Part shown: one piece after another, positions 37,308 through 50,986 of the stretch
How positions within the stretch are numbered: position 1 is the stretch's first letter
Layout of the letters: every line of letters starts with the position of its first letter
From: Trichosphaerium sp. ATCC 40318
Taxonomy: Eukaryota; Protista; Tubulinea
Assembly: GCA_038496445.1 (NCBI GenBank)
Contig: JALMLS010000391.1
Coordinates: 1-64,000 of the forward strand
Direction of reading: 5' to 3'
DNA length: 64,000 nucleotides
Notes under the pieces: model-generated
What the model was told of the DNA's origin: nothing
Seen by the model: only the letters and a program-made list of their open reading frames with translations
Database searches by the model: none
Made by a program: the position numbers and the translations under genes

Positions 37308-39377
37308 TTATTCAGATTTTTTAAGACTGAATATTGCAGAAATAGCTTTTGCAAGCCTCATAATATGATCATCGTCGTTATAAACATGACAAGAAACCCT
37401 AACACACTGCCTCATTTTTTCTCCAACATGTGTTTTGCTTACTGGTACTTCTATGTTATATTTGTCACGTAGAGTATCGTGAATATCAATATCTACTTTA
37501 TCATCTTCTGGAAGAAGAACAAGAGCCATAGCACCGCATAATGTTTTATCAACAAGAACTTCTGTGTTCCAATACTAGTGTTAAAAAAAAATCCAAGTCA
37601 GCCTCAATGAACACGTGGTATAATACTGAAAACTCAACAGTAGGAATAATACTTTCACTAGTTCGTTATTTTGTTGTAAAATAGAAAAACAATAGAGAAA
37701 GGGGCCTTTGAAAAGGCAAAACGTTAAAGTTTTGTTGATAAAAAAGTAATAACTTTGCTTACGTCTGAAAGAAAGTTTCCTTTTTGCACTGCCATGTCAT
37801 GATTTCTATTAAAAACAGACTTGATATCACCACCACCAATCCATTGCATATATTTATGAGCCAAACGCATTGTAATCATTGGTGTATAGTCCTTAAAATG
37901 ATATTAAAAAAAAGCAATCTTAATAATTTTGTTGTTGTGAAGCAACGATACTAAATGTAGATGTTGGTGCAACTTCCAAGAAAAAAAAGAATTGAATATT
38001 AAAACGTCATCCACAAGTGGAACAAAGTAAGAAAGTATTTCATGTAAGAATGACGGAAATCCTTACCATTGTGCCTTGCCTAAAAAAAATAAGTTAAAAT
38101 CCATGCAATGATTACTATTTAAAAGTTTACCATATAAACTCAGCATGAAACCCTTTATCAGAACCCCATGTTGTTACAACAGGATGAACAGTCATCTGTA
38201 ACTTTGGATTCACATACAACAATGCAGCTCCACGATTATTACACTAGTAAGACAAAGAAATCAAAAAGATGGAAAAAAAAAACTTGCAAACAAAAAACGA
38301 TTAATGACACGTGTCATTTTTCCACTAGTTGCTTACCAACCACTTGTGCCCATTTGTAACATAATAGTCTGCATTAATCTCATCCAAAGAAAGAGGTATT
38401 TGACCAAGAGAATGTGCTCCATCAATTAGCACTTTAGCATTGTATTTATGACATAAAGACACTATCCTTGACACAGGCATGATGACAGCTGTTGGGCTTA
38501 TAATATGAGATACAACGACAAGATCAACTTTCGATTTCTTCAAGCAGGCTTCAAGTTGCGCTATTACTTTATCACCATAATTACTACCAGCAGGAAGAGG
38601 TGGAAGAGTAAGCTCTGTAACTTTTCCTTTACAAGCTGTTTTTGCAGCTGTTTTTACAGCCCCGTATGTGAGATTAAACACAACGACATGGCTCTCTGGT
38701 GTCCACGGGAAAGAGGAAAGAACAGCAGCAATACCATACTCCTATGTAGAAGGTTCTTTAGGGACAAGCGACACTTTTTTGAAAGGTAGAATAAAAAGAC
38801 GTACAACGTTAGGAATGAAGCCCATGTGTTCTGGTTTTGACCCAACGGCGTTTGCCATGTAGCGTAGGCTTTTTACAAGTTGTGAGAACAACGTCTAAAT
38901 AACAACAAGTTAACTAGCTAAATTTCTAACAAATACGCTACCACGAACTCGTTTAGAGCGTATTTCGTACATTGTAAAAGAAATATACTGGCTGTTTCTC
39001 TATTTCGAAATGCCAAGCGTGACAAGCGTCTAAAATGTCTTTTGGAGTAGCTCCTATAATAAACACGCCAAATGAGCAACAAATAACAAAAAACCGTTGT
39101 ACCATAACTGCCGTGTGCCAAAAACGCTATTTTATCATCTAATAAGAACTCCTACAAGTATTAACGTCCAAAAACGCTTGCTAACGTGCTTTCATCGCTT
39201 CTTTACCAAAAGCTGGCGGTTTACTTTCAGAAAGCTTCTGTAATAATTTAACTTCGAAATCTGGAGCGTCTGGCGCCTGAAAAACGCGTTAGTAACATTG
39301 TAGTAATAAACTTATTGTACCTCATATTCTGTGTCTGTCAAACGCATTTGAGCCTCTACTTTTTCGTATTTCGACAT
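37308..39377 (-). CDS. PLP-dependent class V aminotransferase (Egt2/L-cysteine desulfhydrase/isopenicillin N epimerase-like)
   Basis: FLAHGSYG, YGAVK, SHIISPTA, IDGAHSLGQ, NGHKWL and VRVSCHVYN. Confidence 0.88.
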
Positions 39378-39626
39378 GTAGTGGCTTCTTGCTCAGGTTT
39401 GGCTATTTGTAACGTTGTGCGAATACTACTTGTGACTTTTTGCTGAAATCTTAGAGGTGCGTTTTACTCACCTCAGTGGAGTCATTCGTCGTCCCTTCAT
39501 CACTACACATAGTACTCGCATCACTTGGCATAGCTCCAACCATTGACGGAAGTTGTAACTGAGGACTCCGTTTTGCCATTTTTTTTTTGAGTATAATTTC
39601 TTCTGTCAGTAAACAAAGCACTAATA

Positions 39627-42394
39627 ATGGCGTCCATTGCAGAGCTAGAACGTAGGTTACATAGGCTATTAGCTGACCTTGAAGATATCGACACAAGTCT
39701 TGAACAGTTGGAGAGGGAGAGATCAGCACCTCGTACACTAGAGGAAATAGAAGGGCTCGAAGAGGAGGAAAACAGACTTCTGCGCGAGCAGCATGATAAA
39801 CGTATGCGTTTACTAGCGCTAAAACAAACTCTCAGGCGTAAAGAACTAGAAGAAACCAAAAGGAGAGGTAAACAATAACCTAGGATCATTTTCATTCCGC
39901 AATAACTAAACTCCTTTTTTATTAGGTAGATACGAAGCTGGTAGCTTCATACTATCCAGAAGTATAAAACTATCCTCAACACGTCTCCGAAAAAATACAA
40001 TTTCGCAAAGAGACGATCCTGAAGATGAGCAAGAAAAGGAGGTTCAACGGTGGCAAATTGACGCTCACGAGATTATTATTCACAAAAACGATGTTTTGGG
40101 TAAAGGATCGTTTGGTACGCTCACACTACGCCATCCATTTACTTTAAAAACACTTTCCTTTTGTATCTTGTAACCAAATAAGCCATTTTTATTGAATATT
40201 GTTACCAGGAGCCGTATACAGGGGTAAATGCAGAGGAAAAGAGGTTGCTGTAAAGATTTTGAATAATGGTACGCTTGAAATCGCGGAAGATCTCACAAAT
40301 CGCTTATTCAAACCTTTCAGATGTATCTGATACAGTCATTGAAGACTTCAAAAATGAAGTAGCTGTTATGGCGTACGTACTAAACAAGAAAAAAGCTGTT
40401 TTCTTTAATTGAACCAACAACGACACTTTTTGCGTGATTACGCTTTATAACTCCTAAACTGATCATGTATTAGCAAACTACGCCACGAAAACTTGTTATT
40501 GGTAATACAGAAAAAAATAACTCAAACCTCCTCATTCTTACGTATTCTACTAGCTCATGGGTGTATGCACACAAGGAGGCAAACTACAAATCGTTACAGA
40601 GCTAATGCCACTCGGAAGCGTTCACTTTTTGCTTCGTGAGAAAGTTAGGCTTTCTATGAAGCGTAAAATGATGATTGCTATCGATACAACGCTTGGCATG
40701 TTCTGGCTTCATAGAGAAGGTACGTAAAATGTCATTTCTTACAGTTTTATGGGAATTGTTCTCAAAACGTTCAGGAATCCTTCATCTTGATTTGAAACCA
40801 GCAAATCTCCTCGTAAATGACGCTTGGGTCATTAAAGTTGCTGATTTTGGTATTAGCCAAATGAAAGCTAACCTGGACTCTATTGGTGGTACATTAAATT
40901 ACATGGTACGCTCATTTTGAAGTGCATTGACAGGCATATTTTTAGTTGTTTTTATTAAATCTGTTTTTAGTCTCCTGAGATCTTGCTTGGAGGTGATGTT
41001 GATGAGAATGCTGATATTTATTCCTTTGGTATGGTTCTTTGGGAGCTTGTTTCAGAACGTGTTCCGTGGCGTCAGGAACTATCTGTACTTGAAGGTAACT
41101 TTTTTTTGCATTTTCGATTAACTTTTGTTGATTCCTTTTTTTAGACTACAAAATGACTGTTGGTCATGCAGGAAAGAGACTACCAATTCCACCAGATTGT
41201 CCTCCAAGACTAAAAGACCTAATTGAGAGATGTTGGGCACAAGACCCAGAAAACAGACCAAGTATGAAATCATTCTTTTCATTAAGTAGTTTAATACTCT
41301 CCTTGTTTTTTGACGCTTATGTTTGTGGTTTTGTACTAATTGCTGTACACTAGCTTTTAAAGAGATTGATGAGAGTAAGATATTCCATCATATCATCATT
41401 GAGGAGATTATACAAGACGGTATGGGTCTTAAATTATGGAAAGAGAGTTTTATGGGTAATTACTCTGTACCTTGGACTCAGTTTGTCCGTGGATTCTGTA
41501 AAAAATGTTGTATTGATGCACCAGATGAGTTGTTTAAAGACAAGAGACCTGATTTGAAGCTCATGTGTCTTAAATCTATGCTAGGTACGTTGTAATTCCT
41601 TTTTCTTTTGTTTTTGTGGTTTTGCTTTTGTTGAACAAACCGTGTTCTTTTCTCGTGTTTTTAAAGCACGCTTAACACGTTCTTCTTGCTTTTGAGATCA
41701 AAAGAAGGATTTGGAGTTGAACTAATTGTTTCCTCTTTCTAGCTGACAACCCAGAGTCTGTTGTCACTATTGAAGACTTTGCCGACTTTTTAGTATGGTT
41801 TGGACCACTTACAGTCGGATATGATATTATTGATCGCGTTTACAGCCTAGCATCCAAAAAGTACGCATTTTGAGAATCACAACGCTATAGCAGTGCTAAT
41901 GGCATTGTGCTTAGGGGATTTTTTGGCAAATTATCGGCAGAAGGAGCTGAAAAAGTTTTAACTAGTGCAAAGCCTCAATCTTATCTTATTCGCTTCTCCT
42001 CAACTCCAGGCGACTTTGTAGTATCATGCAAGACAAAGAAAGATAGATATGTACACTACAAGATTAATCATCAACCAAATGGACCATATGTATTCAGTGG
42101 AAAGCCTTACAGTACAATAGACTCTATTCTAGCGGTATGAAAGCGAATCGTCTTGTTTTTTTTTATCTAATTCCTTGTTTGTTTAAATAGGACTTTAAAA
42201 AGCGGTTAGCTTTGAAGAACGCAGCCCCAGGGTCTAAATATGAGACTCTATTAAACCATACAGGCCTAGAACGTGAAGTAATCATAGGTTACATTGATCC
42301 AAACAACACAAAGATACTCAAGAGTAAGAAAAAGAATCGTTCTAAGCCTAAAAAAGGACATAAAAAGATGCGTCTTGCTACAGGTGGAGTTTAA
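39627..42394 (+). CDS. Tyrosine kinase-like kinase with C-terminal SH2 domain (Dictyostelium Shk-type) and N-terminal coiled coil
   Basis: LGKGSFG, VAVK, HLDLKPANLL, VADFG, GTLNYMSPE; SH2 GFFGKLS..YLIRFSSTPGDFVVS..HYKI. Confidence 0.92.
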
Positions 42395-42918
42395 TAGATA
42401 CTCTCTTTTTTTTCATAACTTCGTAAAAGTATTAAACAAAATCATCTCTAGAGTCGTAGACTTTAGTGTTTGGGTGTTTAATTGTGCCTTGTAGAAAGGA
42501 AACATTATTGTAACCCTATTATTAAAATAAAAAGACTACTATTTAAGTTGTTGTTGTGAAGGAAGTGTCTTTACCGGCCTTTATGCGTAGCTGTAAGCTT
42601 GGACTTCGTTATAGTTGTGGCTAACTTGAAAACCTTTTGTGAGCCTCTTCGTTCTTTTGGAAGTAGCACCTCTTAAAAAAAACAAGGATAAAGAAGCTAT
42701 TGGCGCGAGTGTTTATGGGCTTGCACAGCGGTATCGTAGTTTTACCTGAGCTACTCTTTTTGGATTCTGTTCCCTGTGACGGTTTATAACACGTGATAAG
42801 ATCTGAGGGTACAAAAGAACAACAAAAACCTGTTATGGTACTATGGCGGAGAAAATAACATAAAAGACTATCTACGAAGTTGAGAACAAACCCTGGCCAT
42901 ACTACCGTTTCATCGAAC

Positions 42919-43839
42919 ATGAAGCATTGTATACTGGTTGTAATCGCTGTATTTGGCATAGCGTACCAACAATGTCCTCCAAACACATGCAGTAATTCTG
43001 GTGACTGTGGTCCGTACTGTCGCGCGTGCGTTGATTTGTAGTGGCAAATTGTCGTTATATTTTGAAATTTTATTTTCTGTCTAGATGCGTCTCTGGTTAT
43101 TGTACCAATTGCCCTACACAGCAAAAAATGTGCCAAATATCACAGGAGGACATAGAATGCTATGACCCCAAACTAAACAATTGCTGTCCGTCACCAGGCC
43201 CACAACAACTAGGAGCGTTATGTTCTAAGAACCAAACAGGGTGTTGTTATATAAGCAGTGCAGAAGTACGTAAATTGTGGCCACGTGCAAAGGCGGTGTT
43301 CGAAAAATATTTTTTGAGTTGCTAAAATTACGTCGCAGTCATGAACGTGCGTGTGCATTGTGTCCTGGAGGCGAAAGATTCTAGAAATCCCAAAAAGTAT
43401 CAAATCCTGGTCCTCAAAAAATTGATTTGTTTCTTCCAGAAAAAACCCTTCAACTTGCCTATTCCCAAGCTAAACCTGCTTTGTGCGTAACTCATTTCTC
43501 TTCTAGCAATGCTATGACCCCGACACTGAGTCTTGTTGTCTGAATGGTGGAGCAGCAAGTAAAATCTGCAAAGGTGCAAACATGAGTTGTTGTCCAGGAG
43601 GCAACAACGTTTGCTACAATCCCAAAACAGAGCAATGTTGTGGTGACAAGAAATGTCCTAAGTCTCCGTGGGCTTGTTATAACTACGATTATTGCTACAA
43701 CACGAAGACTCAGGGTATTTGTGGGTCACCTGGCGGCTACCAAAACGCGTATGATCTAAAAACACAATACTGCTGCAACGCAGAATACGCCATCGTCTGT
43801 AACCTCAACCAAACATGTGCAACAGGTATTTGCACCTAA
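42919..43839 (+). CDS. Secreted cysteine-rich protein with CYxPxxxxCC (galaxin-like) repeats
   Basis: Signal peptide MKHCILVVIAVFGIAYQ, followed by repeats CYDPKLNNCC, CYDPDTESCC, CYNPKTEQCC and YDLKTQYCC. Confidence 0.78.
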
Positions 43840-44099
43840 CAATACAAGTATTCCTTACATTGAAGTAAAACGTAGCTTGTTTTATTTGGCTAACTTAAAT
43901 GATCTCGAGAGAACGATTGATTGAATACATTGTAGCACTTCCATTCAGGTATCTTTTCAATCGCACTGGTTGTACTTTGTGGGGTTCTAGAAATTACCAG
44001 TGCACAAGGGCATCCGTTGATCCTTCGTTTTCACAAAATTGGACGATTCGCTGCTCCAAAAAAACTAATGCTAGCGTTTTATTGACTTAAAGTCAAATG

Positions 44100-44370
44100 T
44101 CATTTTTTTCATTCCAAAAGATATGAAAGCGGACTTCTCTAAGAATATTTTCAGTGGTTCACAATTGCGTTCAAGCTAATCTTGTACATTGTTCCCTCTT
44201 TTTTTTCATTTTTATGACCTTGACTTAAAACCTCCAAGTGCTCTTCTCCTAATGTTTGCTGATACCATAATAATAGATTTATAACATTGGGGCTCCGTAA
44301 TTGAAAGAAGGGCTCCTTTTAAAACCATGTGGGGCCAAGAGTTTCATGTCAAACTTCGATGGCTTTTTTT
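44100..44370 (-). pseudogene. Degenerate kinesin-light-chain-type TPR fragment
   Basis: AIEV*HETLGP and YQQTLGEEHLEVL, with in-frame stops. Confidence 0.3.
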
Positions 44371-44809
44371 GTCATCATAAGTGTTTAAAAAGCATGCCTA
44401 CGCTAGAAAACCGCTTGTCCTTTGGTTTAGCAAGCGCTAGAAAAAAAAGTATTAGCTATTGTCCAGTCACGTCATCAGTCTGGCGTTTTTAGTGATAACA
44501 AGGCTGTAGCGTAAACTTTGGGAAAGCGAAACTATTCCTTCAACAATTTCTCAGTGCACATTGATGTGTATACAGAGATTCCGGCGGGAGATTAGGCGCT
44601 AGAACGACGTACTGTAGTATAATGAAAGCATGTCGTTAGTAGCATGACTTGTACGTGTATGTTTCACCGGACTGTTTGGGAAAAGGGACTAAGGGATGCA
44701 TTGTGTACTTGAAAAGGCCAAATTTAAAAAAAACTACAGCGCACTTCACACACAACAACTAACGTTGCCTCTCTGCCTTTTAATACTATAAAGCTATATA
44801 TATCCACCC

Positions 44810-45457
44810 ATGTCAAAGATAGGACGTAATACATCACTCGAAACGACACACCACGTGGCAGAAAACACAGGAAACTATTTACAAGATGAAAAAAGAAACA
44901 AAACTAGAAGAAAAAAATCTGTTGTTGTAGCTACTTCTTTCCCAAACTATTACACCCTCCGAAAAAGAATATCCCTGGACGGTTCTTTTATTACTAGTAC
45001 GTATTAATAATCTTTTATGCCATATTGTGAGCGACATACAAAAAAATAAAGCAAAACTTTTTAGTCTCGAACAAAATAAAAGTGTGAATAAAAAACAACT
45101 TTCAAACTTTGTTTTATTTGTGGATGATTAACGATTGTTATAGAATCGCCTGGTATAGTTTTCACGTGGCATCTCGAACACAGCGCATTCCCACGCACAT
45201 GCTCAAAAGGTCAAAATATTACAAACATACGGGGATGGGCTAGGTATAGCCTAGACCGCGGGACAATAGAACCCAATATTAATGTATACTATCCAAACCG
45301 AACACTTGGACCTATTTCTGTTTACACATTCGAACCTATTGTTTGTAAGGTTATTAATATGACTCCTCCTAACTTTGTTAAAAGTCCTATTGATGAGAGA
45401 CCTCCATCTAGGAAAGAGTTTCATTTGAATCCACAAACCAATTCCAAAAAAAAATAA
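44810..45457 (+). CDS. Possible small two-exon hypothetical protein
   Basis: ATG exon with a GTACGT donor at ~44997, and an open frame at ~45210-45457 (GWARYSLDRGTIEPNINVYYP...). No homology recognised. Confidence 0.25.
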
Positions 45458-45882
45458 AAAAAAAACAACACAAACATTTTTACGCCTTCACCTCCCTTTG
45501 GTTCCTCGTCACAAAAAAAATCTACTTCGCGCTTTCTGGTAACTAACTGACAGTTAAAACGAGATGAGAATACTATAACGGTTTATAAATTGTAGTAAAG
45601 CAGCTTTTTGTGTCGTTGCTTCGAAATCTCTGATGGTGATTTAAGATTAAACAAAATATGTCAAAAAAAAATTGTGAAACAAAAGTTGGTAATAAATCAA
45701 GAAGAAAGACTATTAACACATCAATTCCAAGAAGTGGCAGATCTTTCAAAGACTCAAAAAAACTTGTACATTCATAAAAAAGGTGGTTTATTTAATTGCA
45801 TAAGCGTGACCATCATCAGTAAGGGTTAACGTCATTTCTACACAGTTTTTTTTTGACTAGCAATAGACTACTTTAGCCATTC

Positions 45883-46932
45883 TTAAGTTGCGTTCGTATC
45901 ACTAAGATCAACACTATATGCATCCTTGAGATATTTCATACAAGAAGTTGTTATACCTTTACAACCTGAGAGATTAATAGTATGTATACAAGTCAACACA
46001 GAAATCCCTACATCTGTGATTTTGGGACACTGACTAAGGTTTAGTATCTTAACATTACAGATTGGAATGAGCCAATCATCTTCCGCCTCTGTGTCAGAAA
46101 GATTAATACTATATGCCCCTTTGATATGTTCCATACATGCTGCATTGATATGGTTACAACTAGTTAAACTAATCGTATGAACACCTGATAGTGACTTCAA
46201 TCCTTCCTCATTAATGGATGAACGTGACAAGTCTATTGTATGTACTCCAGATAAAGCTGATATTCCCTTTGCTGTGAAACGAGTGTTACCCATCAAATTT
46301 ATTGTATGTACTCCAGATAATGCATACAAGACATCATCAGTGACTGTTTTAGAATAGCTAAAGAAACTAAAATATGGTAAAGAAAGTTTGGGTATCCCAG
46401 CAAGTGCTTTAAAAGCTGATTTTGTAATTCCTTTGAGTCCAAATAAATGAACATACTTGAGGTGCTTCACAAGTTGTATTACTCCTTTATCTGTCACACG
46501 TGGGCACAATGATAAGACTAGGTTCTTGACACCGATAATGGACTTCAATCCTTCATCTGTGATATGCTCGTTCTTGCAGAGTGCAAGATCATGAACTCCA
46601 GAAAGAAAGGCAAGATCATTGTCTTTTGCTTCTTTGAACCTCAAAAGATCTATCTTTGTGTTTTTAAGAAGCGGACTTGCAGAGAGAAGACGACAATCGT
46701 GTGTAGACTTGACTGAGATGTATATGTATCCAACATGATGCCGAACGATACTTGATAAGCGTTTACAGCTTCCAGAAACAGAAAATCGATCAGAACGCTC
46801 CACAAACTCTAGTAAATACGCAATTATCTCTATTGGGATGTCTAAAAGCTCTGATATGTATGATTCATGCTTACACCCTGTTGAAAAGGTTAACAGCTTC
46901 ATTCTTTTAGCAATGGTACCTTTAGCTTCCAT
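45883..46932 (-). CDS. Intronless F-box/leucine-rich-repeat protein
   Basis: F-box LDIPIEIIAYLLEF...CKRL, then repeated LSGVHTI(N/D)LS..ITD units in a 349-aa ORF. Confidence 0.9.
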   Translation of the reverse strand: MEAKGTIAKRMKLLTFSTGCKHESYISELLDIPIEIIAYLLEFVERSDRFSVSGSCKRLSSIVRHHVGYIYISVKSTHDCRLLSASPLLKNTKIDLLRFKEAKDNDLAFLSGVHDLALCKNEHITDEGLKSIIGVKNLVLSLCPRVTDKGVIQLVKHLKYVHLFGLKGITKSAFKALAGIPKLSLPYFSFFSYSKTVTDDVLYALSGVHTINLMGNTRFTAKGISALSGVHTIDLSRSSINEEGLKSLSGVHTISLTSCNHINAACMEHIKGAYSINLSDTEAEDDWLIPICNVKILNLSQCPKITDVGISVLTCIHTINLSGCKGITTSCMKYLKDAYSVDLSDTNAT

Positions 46933-47387
46933 ATTATCAATTGCGCCGTGTTTCTATGTTTAAGCTAAGTATGCACTTCCATTTCAAAGTGGCCTTATCT
47001 GCCCTGATAAGTCAACCCATACAAAAATAACAAAAGTATACAAGTCAGTCAGTCAGATGCTTTATTGGTGAGTTGGCAGTTGTATTATTTGAACTTTTGG
47101 CTAATAGCCTGATACATGTGCTACGGTCTCAAACCCGTGACCCACGGCAGCTGATATGTCAACGACTTTACCGAGTTTTCATTGAATACCAATTTATTTG
47201 GTTTTCCACTAACAGTTCAAGGCAAGGAATCATCGCACGTTCACTTAGCTGGCGTCGTAAAGTCTTTCCCGCATTGGAAGCATCCAGTGCAACTCCATCC
47301 AGTGTAAGCCCTTGATAGGCACGTAAAGTACATCTAGCTCAGAACTAGCAACCGGTTCATGGAATACAGACAAATAAAAGTAAGGTG

Positions 47388-49760
47388 ATGAAAAACCAAA
47401 AATAAGCAATCATACGTTCAAGTACTAAGAGGTAAACAATTACAAAACAGTAACACGTTTTTTTAGTACAAATGTAAGGGTTTATTTTTCACTTTAAATA
47501 ACAATAAGGAGGTCGTCAAGACCTTTTTTTGGATATTTTTAGTACTCCATATCCATGTCATACGCTTCATCTGATTCACATTCTGAATCTGAATCTTCAC
47601 CTATTTTATTTATTAGCTTTATTGTAGTGTATTTAAAATATTATGTGTACCATCAAAGTATCCACCCTCGCAATCATCACATTCCATTTGTGCTTCATAC
47701 TTTACTTTTTTCGCAATTCTTTTTGTATTTTTATTCGATTTCATGTCCTCTAGCTGTTCTTTGCCCTTTTTAATTAATTCATCTACAGCTCCCTTATCGT
47801 CCTGTAACATAACGTCAGTAAATAACGTTTGCAAGAAAAGAATAAGAAAAAAAAACAGTTTTGTGTTTACAATTGAAAGAACAGTGTTAGTACCTTATCT
47901 TTTATGCGTTCTAGCAATGTAATAACGGCCTGTTTTTGCTCTATTGCTTTGTCTTTCTGTCCTTTTTCAAGCAATTCAGCAACCAGTTTATTCTGAGAGT
48001 GAACGTTAATTACACAATCTTGATTTCTTAACAACATTTCATTAACATACCAGCATTGCAGCTTCTTTGATTGCGACAGCTACCAATACTTCACCATCCA
48101 TATCTGTAAGTTTTTTTCGGTCCGTTGATGGTGTAAGTTGAAGGTTACCAGTCACAGTTTTAGTTGTATATTGTTGTTCCTATTAACAGACCTGTGAGCA
48201 TGGCGACTTTTTACAAAAGAAAATGTTGACTATTGGGAGTTATGTGTACCTTTCCTGATTCTAGTACTTCGTACGATAGCTTCCAAGATATCACTATAAA
48301 CGACTCTTCACCTTTAGGACATTCAGTCTCACATTCTACAAGAATACGTGTTGTATCATTCGCCAACAAATCACCAATTTGAATAGCTTTAAGCATACAA
48401 AGTAAGTAAAAAGTCAATGACAGAAACATGAGTATCACGTGATGTGAGTTAGAAAAGTCGTACCTGATGGTTTATCGTCTTTTCCCCATACTTTAGTTAT
48501 TTGAGTTCCTTTGGCAGCTGTGAGGTTCAAAACAGCGCTGATACCTTTAAGCTCAAGTAATCCATGAATTGCTTTCGAAATTCCTTGTTGGATAGATATT
48601 GGTGAGCTTAAGAACATGTAGTGACCGCCACCGTGTGCAGCAATAGCCTATGGCATTTTAGTTCGGGAATTATAAACTAGGTGTGCATTACCATCATCAT
48701 CTTCTCATCAAAATCGCTTCCAATACCAAACGCAGAAGTCTTCAAAAATAATTAGAATAAAAAAACATTTGAAGCAAAAATAGCCTTACTGTGACGCCTT
48801 GGTCTGCCATCTTTGCGACTATTTCAGATACCTTGTCTACACTTTTAATACCTACATTTGCAAGGCCATCAGAAAACAAGAAAATACGCTTAATGGCTCC
48901 ATTTTTGGTCTTGTGTTTTTGAAGTAAATCAAATCCACGTTGTAGCTATTACTGGTTTAGCACAAGATTTCTTTCACGTGATTCCGAAAAAAAACACTTA
49001 CACCGCCAGAGAGGTTAGTACAGCCTTCTGTTTGTATAGCTTTTACATCTCGTTTGAGGTATTCTTTGTCCGATAAGCCATCATCTTTACAAAAACAATA
49101 AGTTAAGTCATTGTAATCATCCTATTTTTATCTTACGTTCAACGATTGTTGTTACTTTAGATCCATAGGCGACAATTGTTAATTTATCCTATGTAACGCT
49201 GTTAGTGATATAGTATAGATGCGCTTGAGGCATACTTTACCGGGTTCCAGATGTTTTATCACTTTTTTCAACGCTTTCTTTGCGAAATGTAGTTTACTAC
49301 CCCTCATTGATCCAGAACGATCCAAAACAACCGCCAGTTCCTTTGACAAGTCAGTTTCAGACACCTTTTCGGCTACGTTATATTTTAAACCGTACAATGG
49401 GCGCTCTGACTTCTGAGTTCTCGTTTTTTGACGTAATAACCTTCAAAGCGCAGTTCCATGTTGAGGTACGCTTTGCTTTTATAAACGCGCAAGCAGGTGT
49501 CGCAACGACACTGACGGGTTCTGTTGGGGTTGCAGGATTGTTAGGAGTGGTTGCCATGATGTATAGTATGAGATTGTGATGGTTTTGGGTTTCACGAACA
49601 ACAAGATACCAAAACCAAACGTCAGCGAACCAAAACCAATCACCGTTTTCAATGAACGTAAAAAAGTTTAGCTAAACTTGTATTGTATTAGCTAAACAAA
49701 GCTACTACAAACAAACGCTAAGTTATTATTGATGAGTACATTCTTTTTACATGACTACTT
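47388..49760. repeat. Direct duplication copy 2
   Basis: Matches ~31826-34250. Confidence 0.92.
47539..49557 (-). CDS. von Willebrand factor A domain protein, copy 2
   Basis: Same exon structure and motifs as copy 1 (DRSGSMRGSKL). Confidence 0.88.
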
Positions 49761-49794
49761 CTATGACGTAGCTGTGCAGTGCCACTTGCACAGT

Positions 49795-50714
49795 TTACAC
49801 ATAATAATCAAATACAATTGGTTTTCTTACAGTTGTTCCGAAAGCCTTTGAAGCCCCATTAATAAAGTTTATTCCATCAATTTCTTTATGTCCATATCCC
49901 TCGTGAACATGACCAAACATGTGAACAACAGGCTTCACCACTTTTATGACACGTGTTCTCAAATACCTTCGAAAAAAAAAGTAAGTTGTCAAGCTCGTGT
50001 AAAAAGAAATGTTTGACCTAAGCTCAGCACGTGAACGTCAGAAAAAGAAAAGTTATGGCGTACTTTGATCCCCAATTTCTCCCATCATGTGCTATATCAA
50101 GGATATCGAAGGGCGGCATATGCGTGATGAGGATGTCTGTCTTTGCTGGGATTCTTGAAAACTTTGTTTCTAGCTTATCACGTTTACAACTAAAAGCCAT
50201 CCCTCTTGACGACTGCCAAGGTGTTCCATAGAAGTTGATACCCTCAATAGTCCTTATACTGTAACTCGTTACCAATAAGAAGGTATCCAGAACAATCTTG
50301 CCTGTCTTCTAGGTACACACAGTTTGTGAGAAGGCTCGAACGTATTTCTCTTTTAGATAGATCGTTAAATAAGTATTCATGATTTCTAGGTGATTACAAA
50401 GAGTTAGAAGGCGTCTCAGCGGTTAGCCAGATAACGTATGTACCCTGCTATCACAATTTTGTGCTTGTGTGGAAGTGCACCTTTGAATAACATTAATTGT
50501 AACCCTACAACGAATACTTACCTAGCCAGGTGTTGAAATCTTGTATTGGACCTCGTCTACTGCATTTTTGAACGAAATCACCTGAATGTATTAAAATATC
50601 GCCATCAGGAACTTTGAGACGCTCATGCAAGCCGTGTGTATCGCTAATATGAACAATACGCAATTTTTTGCCTGTCTTTTTCTTCTCTTCACTTTGTAGT
50701 ATTGTAATCTCCAT
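49795..50714 (-). CDS. Metallophosphoesterase (MPPED1/2-like)
   Basis: ISDTHG, IHSGDF, IAGNHE, LITHMPP and FGHVHEGYG. Confidence 0.9.
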
Positions 50715-50986
50715 ACTTTATATCACTCAAGGCTATATTGCTTACCTGTAACAGTTTTAACACTTTACAAACAGTGAGCATTCAGTTAATAAGCGTCTCA
50801 CTGAAAGTCCTTTGTTTCGAGACAACTCAACTGCAACTGCTTTGAAAAGCCGCGCAATTGATTTCTTCAGCCTCGTGGGGACCTCGGAAACATTATGTAG
50901 AATGGGTAGTATTTTTACGCGGAATAAAAGTCAAGAAGAATAAACAGAATGATTGATTCTTTCGATTGATCATTATTTTACAAACA

